Position numbers and translations under genes: made by a program | Notes under the pieces: generated by a model | The model's database searches: none | Told to the model about the DNA's origin: nothing | The model's input: the letters and a program-made list of their open reading frames with translations, nothing else | Part shown: positions 56,001-64,000 of the stretch, piece after piece | Numbering within the stretch: the stretch's first letter is position 1 | Layout of the letters: the number at the start of each line of letters is the position of its first letter | Assembly (NCBI GenBank): GCA_002245135.1 | Contig: NGBS01000020.1 | Span: forward strand, 1-64,000 | Direction of reading: 5' to 3' | Source of the DNA: Proteromonas lacertae | Lineage: Eukaryota | Length of the DNA stretch: 64,000 bases

Positions 56001-56353
56001 TTAGAGTCTTCGTCTCTTACCACCCTTGGACTTTGAAACAACGCGTTCCTCCAAGGTACCTTCAGCATCCATCAGATCAGCTTTTAAATCTCTTGCTAAC
56101 CACTTGGCTTCTGTGTATAGACGATGAAGATCATCTAGGAGATGAAGTTATCGGGACCTGATTCAAAATAGTTAATGTTGTTAGCTACCCTTTAATGGTA
56201 GTAGTTCTGGAGGTCACTTGCAAAGCCTGCAATCTGGATCCATGGAAGATTCAAGTGAATTGATTTCAAGGAGTCATCGTCAGGTTCATTGTTAAAGGGA
56301 TCATCGACCTAGTAGATCTCTTCATCACTCTCCTGGGTAAGTTTCTTAGGCAT
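56001..56353 (-). pseudogene. Element ORF2, interrupted
   Basis: MPKKLTQESDEEIY*VDDPF...NYYH*R and, in another frame, SR*LHLLDDLHRLYTEAKWLARDLKAD...KSKGGKRRRL; a 31-nt GT-AG segment (56158-56188) lies between. Confidence 0.4.
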
Positions 56354-56406
56354 TGTAATCACTTGGGTTATTTCAATAGGAAAAGTTGAACTACTCCCTT
56401 CATTGA

Positions 56407-57666
56407 ATGAATTCCTGGAAGAGCATGATTCCCATCAATAGCTCATCGATAAAGATGACAGTCCCTACCATGCAATCCTCGGAGAAGACATTACCTGAGA
56501 TCTCCAAGGACTTAGCTATCGACTATCAACATTACCCAGTCCTTACTCCTCCAATCTATCGATGCACTCCTTTCGTTTGTGGATGCCGAGATTTAACAAA
56601 GCTTCGGAGGTACGACTACCCATCTATATTCTAGTACCGAGATCTGCACAAAGGTTATGCTTTACGATTCTTATGGGACCTCAAGATTGAAGTATAAGTA
56701 TTTAACTCAAGGAAGTTCAATGAGACTGTGAGTGATGGAATCTGCCTGGATGTTCCAGCAGGTTGTAATCGTCAGCACCCGTTCTATCTCTTGATGAAGG
56801 ATAGTAGAAGACAACTAGGTTCATTGAAAGCAAAGTTCTTTACCGAGACCGGAGAGCTCAAGGCTTCAACAACAACAACAACTTCATCCTCTGGTGATCA
56901 AGTAAAGGTAACATCGTGGTACTTTGGAGTATCAGTGAATCTAAAGTACCCTGATCACTATAAGCTTTGGCTCAACAATCAAGGAGACGTCAATCGATCG
57001 GTTTATAAGCAATCGCTTACCTCGGGCTATTGTAAGGATGGAGACATGATGATCATCTATCCCGAGAAAGTCTGTGAACTCATCGATGAAGTAAGTGAGA
57101 GTAAGCAAAGGAATAAACACGTCCACGTGAATGTGAAGAAGGTGGATGAGAAAACAAGGAGCAAGATTCAAATGAAGTTGGATCAAGATTTAAAGGAGAT
57201 AGAGAAGTCCCGGAGGAGCATTGAGGCACTCAATAAATCCTCCGAGGATTTGTTTATCAATGGTAAACAAAAGTACAGTAAGGTAATTTATCAAGGAGTG
57301 GAATACAACTCTATGGATGTAAGTGGCTCTGACGATGACCAAGACTCTCATAGGAAAGGCAAGTATTGCACTATCGATTTGGATGCTACGATAATGATCT
57401 TTAAGTTTAACAAGGATGGGAGCATGAGTGAAAGAACACTAAGTCCCGAGGAGATCTTTAACCGAGAAGCTCATCGTCTTACTCCTGATCAACGAGAACA
57501 ACTCAAGAGATGCCGTCAGCTCACATTCAGGGTCAAGAGAAAGTACGTAAAGCATCAGGCTGTAGATTCATCAGATCGAAGAAGTCATCATCATCATCAT
57601 CATCGACATCCCCAGAGGAAGTACGTAAAGCTATTATCAAATTTCTTGCCTACTCCAGGAACTTAA
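56407..57666 (+). CDS. Element ORF3, ~420 codons, hypothetical, with two internal TAG/TAA
   Basis: ORFs 56407-56634 and 56728-57666 are in the same frame, joined by a protein-like segment containing TAG 56632 and TAA 56695. Confidence 0.5.
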
Positions 57667-58796
57667 TCTCAATTCATCAACCCGATAAGAGACTCTTACC
57701 AATCTACCCGAGAGTGTGTATTCATAAGGCTGATCGTGGAATCCAATAAGGTAATGAATGGACTATTCTAGTCAAGGAAGTTCAAGAGAAGCTATCGGAG
57801 TGTGAACAACTAGCTCTGGGAGTGACTTGGAAGTTCACAGCTCAGTAAGGATATTACTCAAGGTAGTTCATCAGTCAGTGATCAAAGCTAAGGAAGTGTT
57901 AAGAACTTGCCTTCATCGCATTACCGACTGTGAGTTGAAGGACCATGAGATCGTAGAGAAGAGCATTTACCAGAGTCGGGCATGTCTATTCCTATACTCC
58001 ATGGAAGGAATGATATCAGCAGAGTACACGATGGGAAAGTGTAAGTCTGAGATCTACTATCCAGTCTATAAGAAAGCTGCTAGTCTAAGACTTAAGTTCC
58101 ATTGCTTGATGGTTAATGCGGTCTCGTGGATGACAACCTGGCTGGACCCTTACAATCTCTTTGGTAAAGCACTATGAGTACATCAGCACTATCAAGAACG
58201 GAGCCTGCCAGATCAACACTTACTTTAATGCTGTGGAGGAGGACTACTTTGCTGATCGAGAGTTAACAAGAAGCCTCTTGAGAGATGTTAACATCTCCGA
58301 CAATGAGGTCGATCACTTGCTAGAGCAGTTCTATACTATGAAGGAGAAGTGCGATAGACTAGATAACAAAGTCATTGCTGAACTGTACTACTATGAGGAT
58401 GATATCGTTAAGCTTCAAGAGAAGTTCAAAGAGATCGTCCAGATAATGGAGGAGTGTCTACTCCATACTTACTGTTGGTTGATGATGTTCAAGAAGGAGA
58501 CACCGCAAGAAGCTCCTCAAGTGAAGGACAAGGACCAGGAAGAAGTTACTAAAGTAATCACTTACACAAGTGTCTTGAGTAATAGGAAGAGTCGTCGTAA
58601 AGCAAAGAAACAAGATACTACTGTTGCCTCGGAGGCAACAATAGTATCCTCAAGGAAGAGATGGTACTATCAAGAGTCAAGGATCGATTACATCTTACAC
58701 CTTCAAGGAGCTCTTATCGAGACTAGGAAGTACGTCTCCCAGCTGATCATCGACTCCGAGGAGCACCTTCTCAACTGGTGGGAACAAGATAATTGA
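57510..58796 (+). CDS. Element ORF4, helical hypothetical protein broken by one TAA and two 1-nt frameshifts
   Basis: 57510-57749, then GNEWTILVKEVQEKLSECEQLAL, then 57827-58177, then 58161-58796; shifts fall at short homopolymers (ggg near 57820, ttt near 58160). Confidence 0.45.
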
Positions 58797-58883
58797 AGCT
58801 TTACTTAAACAGTATTTTTGATTATGAAGCTAGTGTTTAGGGATTCCTAGAAACAACAACAAGAGTAAGCAAAGTAAAGGGAA

Positions 58884-59997
58884 TTAGAATAAGCTTAAGA
58901 AGGAGTTAGCAATCGTTTGAATCTTAGCAATGGACTGCTTGAGATCATCAACTTGATCGTGGAACTTCTTAAGGCTCTTGAAAGAGTCCCAGTCTAATGG
59001 TACGTAGAGATTTTCCTGGAGTTGTAAGACTGGGTACTTGAGAATGGATATCAGCTCATCGTACATCTTGGAGTAGTCACGGCAAACGATTCTGAAGTTA
59101 GCTCTAATCATCATACCTATGCGATTGCTTACGACGTTCTCAAAGTCGGTGACGTGCTGGATGATAAAGTCAGTAAGGGCTTCCACCTCCTTATCAAGAT
59201 CGTTGAGTTTCCATAGCTGAGTGATTACCTTATCCATGTAATAGTCAAAGTGTGGATGCTCTTGAAGTAAGCTCTCTCGGAACTGATGGTAATAGCTGAG
59301 TAAGGAAGTAGCATCGCATCGTAGATCAAGGCTATACTGTTGGAAGTCTCGGAGATAACTCATAAAGACCGTAAACTGCTTAGGAGTATCGGATATGGTC
59401 TTTGTGGACTGAAGGAATTCAATCAAGGCATTAACTTTACTCTGGAGCTTACGGACGATGTTCTTGTAGGCAGTCAATTCATAGAGAGAATCAGTCTTGG
59501 TGTTATGCTTCATAAAGAGAACATAGTCTAGCAGATCCACAGCATGTTGATAGATACGACTTTGTCTAGAGCACCACTCAGTAAAGTATCTTGGATCCTT
59601 GGAGGACATCTTCCATTCACTATTGATCAGGGAAAGTAATTTACTGTCATTGACCTGTCCAAGTAAGATTATAAAAGTATCCGTTTCATGAGATGGACTT
59701 GGTTAAGCAATCGTGGATGATCTGGTAAAGTCTCTTGACTTCCTGACAGTAGTTCATCGGAGACCAGTACTTGGGTATCTCCTCAGATCTCTCCTCGGAG
59801 GTTTCCTCGGAGGTCTCTTTGGAGCTGTCTTCGAAGGATGATGATGAGGAGTATAACTCTTCAGAAGGCTCCTTTGAAGGTTCTTCAACCGGTACAGTGA
59901 CAGGATCTCTCTGATTCAGAAGCTCCTTTTGAAACTCAATATCATCATCATCAATCTCAGTTTCCACATGGTTCTGTACTGTCACTATCACTGTCAT
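58884..59997 (-). CDS. Element ORF5, acidic N-terminus plus helical domain, one frameshift near 59700
   Basis: ORF 59686-60021 joins the open frame SPSHETDTF...EWKMSSKDPRY of 58884-59609 by a 1-nt shift. Confidence 0.5.
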
Positions 59998-60012
59998 TAC
60001 AGATAATCTGAT

Positions 60013-60091
60013 TCGATGCAATCGATGAAGGTCCCGTAAAGGTCAACTCTGAATCTAGAAGGGGAAGGATTCCTAGAACTCTCGTTAGAAC
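60013..60091 (-). repeat. Right terminal inverted repeat
   Basis: Reverse complement of 54680-54758 with 9 mismatches. Confidence 0.9.
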
Positions 60092-60155
60092 AATGATGAA
60101 TATACTGTATATTATATATTCATTATTGTTAAATAGTATATAAAGGATTAGTATT

Positions 60156-61178
60156 ATGTTTACTTATTTACTATTATTTAACATTTTTATAATAATCTTA
60201 TATATACAGTGTAATATCAATAAGTCATATAATATATATATATATATTGGAAATTCATTCAAAAATTATTATCATTTACCTATAAAACCATTAATTTGCA
60301 AAAATGAAAAAAAAATATATAATTGTGTATTTTCATATAATAAAAACAATAAATATCATGGTTCGATTTATAATGGCAATAAGAAATTCCCTATAAAACC
60401 AAATTATTCTTATAACATAATTATTACTATGGAGAAATTAAGTCAGGTATTGTTTATGAAAAGTGTAGGAGAAGGAAAATACAAGAATTATCATTTAGCA
60501 GTTGATTATAGGTTGTTCATAAATAAGAATCATTTATCAAGAAATATATATTCCTATTACAATATGTCAAAATTTATTGAAGAAGCAAAAAATAATTACT
60601 GTAATTTTTCTTCATTTTTGAGGAGAAAAAATATAGTATATATACAAAGAGTAAAATATAAAAAAAGGCAATATTTAGTTAAAGAAATGATGAAATATCT
60701 AAATATTGATTCTTTTGGTAGTGATCTTAACAACAAAAAATGGCCAAATAATATATCAAAGAAAAATAAAATAGAATTATTAGAACAGTATAAATTTTGT
60801 ATTTCAATTGAAAATTCTGTAATATCATGGAAAAATGGAAGCAAATATGAAGCAAATGATATTAACAATGATTATGTTACTGAAAAATTGGCTGATTGTT
60901 TATTAGCTGGAACAATTCCAATATATTTTGGACCAAAAAATATTCACATGTTTTTGCCGCATCCTGATTCGATACTTAACTTTAGTCACTTCGATTCAAT
61001 TTTTAAATTAATAAAGCACATAAAGTATTTATTAAGAAATTTATCAGCTATTGAAAAACACTTACAGTGGTATAACAATAATATATCTGTTCAATGGTTT
61101 AATAGATTTAATTATGAATTTAAATTTGACTATTGTATGATTTGTGATTATGTAAAACACTTCTATTCAACTTTATAA
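60156..61178 (+). CDS. Alpha-1,3/1,4-fucosyltransferase (GT10), type II membrane protein, apparently intronless
   Basis: N-terminal hydrophobic anchor; IDSFG; GT10 motif YKFCISIENS...DYVTEKLADCLLAGTIPIYFG. Confidence 0.9.
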   Translation: MFTYLLLFNIFIIILYIQCNINKSYNIYIYIGNSFKNYYHLPIKPLICKNEKKIYNCVFSYNKNNKYHGSIYNGNKKFPIKPNYSYNIIITMEKLSQVLFMKSVGEGKYKNYHLAVDYRLFINKNHLSRNIYSYYNMSKFIEEAKNNYCNFSSFLRRKNIVYIQRVKYKKRQYLVKEMMKYLNIDSFGSDLNNKKWPNNISKKNKIELLEQYKFCISIENSVISWKNGSKYEANDINNDYVTEKLADCLLAGTIPIYFGPKNIHMFLPHPDSILNFSHFDSIFKLIKHIKYLLRNLSAIEKHLQWYNNNISVQWFNRFNYEFKFDYCMICDYVKHFYSTL

Positions 61179-61189
61179 TTGTTATATAT

Positions 61190-61810
61190 AATGTTATTAA
61201 ATTCAATATTTATAATAAAATTAAGTTCGTTATATCAATCTAATTTTCTTTCAATATTGTGATTATACAATCAATAAAAAAATAGAATCATTAACAATAA
61301 AAAATAACATCTACAAAACATTTACAGGATGTGGTCTGGATAATAAAATACCCACAATAATTTCTTGTATATTCTTCTCAATTGTATCTTACTCCAAATT
61401 CTATATTTATGGATGGAAAGATATAATAACATTATTCAATATATCTTTTTAAATCATTACAATTCAATATCTGTATATAAATATCATGGATTCACCTATG
61501 TCATTTATAATCTATATAAAGATGATAGCATTATAACATCATTCAAATGGAGAATTAATAAATGGAATAAAAAATACAAGAAGTTTTCTTTCAACCATGT
61601 AAGAAAATTAATAAAATTTTGAATGACTTACATTAAAAAGATATGGTAAAATACTTGCAGTTCATATTAGAACAGGATTTTTATCTAATTTATCAAAGAC
61701 AACTATATGGTATAAATCGAATACTATTTTTATCTGACTCAAATATTCTAATACAAAGAATGAAAAAAGTATATTCAAAATATATATTCAACTTTTCTGT
61801 GGATGGACTA
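61190..61810 (+). pseudogene. Degenerate paralog of the 62694 fucosyltransferase
   Basis: FTGCGLDNKIPTII at 61321 and LAVHIRTGFLS near 61655 match FIGCGFANKIPTL and IGVHIRTGYLS of 62694-63668; frameshifts and stops between. Confidence 0.75.
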
Positions 61811-61870
61811 TAAAAGTGAAATAAAACTTTTAGTGGAATAAAATAGGTTATAATCTTAGTACCCATTTAA

Positions 61871-62632
61871 ATGAAATTATATTTCATTGTATTAAGTTAT
61901 GCATATTTAATAATAATATATTTTATATATTATTTAGATTTTCATAGATTATGTGTTAAAAATCATTACATACAATCAGTAATGCAAATATATGATAATA
62001 TGATTGAAAATAATAGAACAATTCATGAAGTATGTAATAAAGATGACATGCTTGGGGATATAAGGAATCAATCTGTTAATATAGGGAATAATTGTGAACC
62101 TTGGATATCTAAGAAATGTATATATGTGCTTGACCACATACTTACGAATAGAATGAATGGTATAGAATGGAGTTCAGGTTCTAGTACTATATGGTTAAGT
62201 TATAGATTAAAATCATTAATATCAATAGAACATTCATTAGGATGGGCTAAAAAGGTTAGAAATATTATTTCTAGAACAAATAAAAAGAAAATAGTTTCTA
62301 TAATATCAATCACCCATGATGATATTGAAGTGTGCAAAAATGATAGTATATATATAAGCAAATTTGGTGGTAGAGATAAATGCTTTAAATCATATGTTAT
62401 GAATAAATTTATAAAAGATATAAATTATGATTATATTAGTATTGATGGCAGAGCTAGAGCAGGTTGCATAATACGATCTATAGATTTAATTAAGTCAGAA
62501 AATGGAATTCTTGTTTTAGATAACTCTGAAAGAGAAAGATATCAATATGCTATTAATATTATACCGAAACATTGGAGTAGATATAATTTTAAATATTCAA
62601 ATGGAATTGTAACAATATGGATAACTCATTAA
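61871..62632 (+). CDS. Class I SAM-dependent methyltransferase with N-terminal membrane anchor, intronless
   Basis: PWIS, IEWSSGSSTIWL, ISIEH, YDYISIDGRAR, GILVLDNSERERY. Confidence 0.75.
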   Translation: MKLYFIVLSYAYLIIIYFIYYLDFHRLCVKNHYIQSVMQIYDNMIENNRTIHEVCNKDDMLGDIRNQSVNIGNNCEPWISKKCIYVLDHILTNRMNGIEWSSGSSTIWLSYRLKSLISIEHSLGWAKKVRNIISRTNKKKIVSIISITHDDIEVCKNDSIYISKFGGRDKCFKSYVMNKFIKDINYDYISIDGRARAGCIIRSIDLIKSENGILVLDNSERERYQYAINIIPKHWSRYNFKYSNGIVTIWITH

Positions 62633-62693
62633 AATAAATATAATTATTTTGATAAAATATTAAAATTAATTGTTTCTTATCCACATCACATAG

Positions 62694-63668
62694 TTGATTA
62701 ATAATACTATACCTCTATTGCTTAGTTTTCTGTTGTTTCTATTCTTATATATATATAGTATATATAATACTAACAATTTAATATGGAATGATTTTTTAAG
62801 AATTAATAAAAAGAATATAAAGCCTTTTATTTTATTCTATCCCTTTATTGGTTGTGGATTTGCTAACAAGATTCCAACATTAGCTAGTAGTATTATACTT
62901 TCACTTCTATCATATCATCCACTTTTCATTATTAATTGGTATCAAATTCGTCATTATTTTAAACTACCATATAGTCTATTCATTTATAGTTATAATTTTA
63001 CCAATACTTTGTTATATGATAGGAAAAATGAGACTGTTCTCAACAAATTAAATGAAGGAATCACAATTAGAATATATACAATTCATAGTTACACAAAGTC
63101 AATCCTTTTGTTCTACAATATAACAAATAATATTAAATATATTTTGAGAAATAATAAAAGAAAATATAACAGTATTGATATGTATATTCAACAGATATTT
63201 TTCATACCAACTTTATCCATCTATAAACATATTATGCGTTTTAAACTATTTATATCAAACAAATTAGCAATAGGTGTTCATATAAGAACTGGTTATTTAT
63301 CTGATTTCGGAGAAACAGATAAAAGATTCTTTAATAATAAGAGTATGAATCTGTATATCAATACAATTGAAAGTATAATTAATCATTATAGAAATGGTAG
63401 TCTTTTTATTGCTTCTGATTCTACTTTAATAAAAGAAATATTATATGAAAAATACAAGAATATTGTAATAAATTTTACTATTCCAGGAAAAATATGTCAT
63501 GCGAGACATTCAATGCATAAAAATAGAGAAATGAATTTATGTGTTGTTAGGCTAATTGCTGAAAACTACTTATTATCAGAATGTCATATTATTATTGGAA
63601 CAAAAAGCAGTACATATTTTAGTCTTGCTTGTAATAGAAGAATTGTGAAGTGTATATCTATTAATTAG
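62694..63668 (+). CDS. Fucosyltransferase of the alpha-1,2/alpha-1,6/O-FucT superfamily (GT11/23/37/74-like); start codon uncertain
   Basis: GFANK, IGVHIRTG (motif I), FIASDS (motif II), ENYLLSECHIIIGTKSSTY (motif III); N-terminal anchor. Confidence 0.8.
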   Translation: MINNTIPLLLSFLLFLFLYIYSIYNTNNLIWNDFLRINKKNIKPFILFYPFIGCGFANKIPTLASSIILSLLSYHPLFIINWYQIRHYFKLPYSLFIYSYNFTNTLLYDRKNETVLNKLNEGITIRIYTIHSYTKSILLFYNITNNIKYILRNNKRKYNSIDMYIQQIFFIPTLSIYKHIMRFKLFISNKLAIGVHIRTGYLSDFGETDKRFFNNKSMNLYINTIESIINHYRNGSLFIASDSTLIKEILYEKYKNIVINFTIPGKICHARHSMHKNREMNLCVVRLIAENYLLSECHIIIGTKSSTYFSLACNRRIVKCISIN

Positions 63669-63692
63669 CTGTTTATGTTCCAATAATTATAG

Positions 63693-64000
63693 ATGAATAT
63701 GAAGATCAACTTTACAATTAGATTATATATATGTTTATTTATAGTTATAATACAATTACTTTTAAATAGTTTTTATTCATATTCATCTTTAACAATAAAA
63801 AAGAAACTATGTTGGAGGAATTATCCTAAACAAAAACTAAATTTGAAAATTAAATCATCGTGCAAAATAAACCCATTAAAGTATTCTTTTAAATATTCAG
63901 ATGTAGTAAATGATAATATGATTAATTACACATTTATAAAATACAAAATAATGAATAATTATTTATTCTTTACCCTTGTTGATAATAATAGTTTTAAATT
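63693..64000 (+). CDS. 5' part of another type II membrane protein, open to window end
   Basis: ATG 63693, MNMKINFTIRLYICLFIVIIQLLL... with no stop before position 64000. Confidence 0.5.
   Translation, partial: MNMKINFTIRLYICLFIVIIQLLLNSFYSYSSLTIKKKLCWRNYPKQKLNLKIKSSCKINPLKYSFKYSDVVNDNMINYTFIKYKIMNNYLFFTLVDNNSFK

Larger units (their letters stand above)
54680..60091. mobile_element. ~5.4 kb TIR-bounded, mostly GC-richer element with uncharacterised ORFs (transposon/virus-like, probably non-autonomous)
   Basis: 79-bp inverted repeats at both ends; interior 55530-60090 about 40% GC and CpG-rich versus about 22% host; ORFs on both strands. Confidence 0.75.

Noticed and set aside
57536..57634. 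Direct repeat AAGTACGTAAAGC flanking a (CAT)n tract as a CRISPR-like or att-like array
   Set aside because: Only two copies within coding sequence; no array structure
54660..60110. Target-site duplication and assignment to a known DNA transposon superfamily or Polinton
   Set aside because: Flanks (...agtgtcaga / aatgatgaa...) share no direct repeat, and no transposase, integrase, PolB or capsid motif was recognisable
1..64000. Stop codons created by polyadenylation (Blastocystis trait)
   Set aside because: Every complete gene I traced has a genomic stop; transcript data would be needed
1..64000. tRNA, rRNA or CRISPR arrays
   Set aside because: No supporting motifs or repeat-spacer structure seen by eye; a covariance-model scan was not possible

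Overview
This is very AT-rich (roughly 20-25% GC by eye), gene-dense eukaryotic DNA with many 28-40 nt GT-AG introns and very short intergenic spaces. TGTTTGTT-like motifs follow several stop codons. Together these suggest a Blastocystis-like stramenopile protist (inference). Recognisable genes are a Rab GTPase, WDHD1/Ctf4, IWR1-like, PI31, a LOG-family protein, PIG-A, RNase H2A, a WNK kinase, a very divergent axonemal-type dynein heavy chain whose AAA1 catalytic motifs are destroyed, and an RI-like LRR protein. From 9 to 33 kb lies a cluster of large helical proteins sharing a 'YP[H/F]Y' repeat. Two of them start with an Hsp70/Hsp110 ATPase domain, and that domain alone is nearly identical between the two genes over 1.3 kb. 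A ~5.4 kb, mostly GC-richer (~40%) element (54680-60091) is bounded by 79-bp imperfect terminal inverted repeats and carries several unrecognisable, partly broken ORFs but no identifiable transposase. It sits in a cluster of intron-poor type II membrane glycan-modifying genes: two fucosyltransferase families, a methyltransferase and pseudogenes. Single-base frameshifts in otherwise intact housekeeping genes suggest residual assembly indel errors, so exon boundaries and pseudogene calls are approximate.
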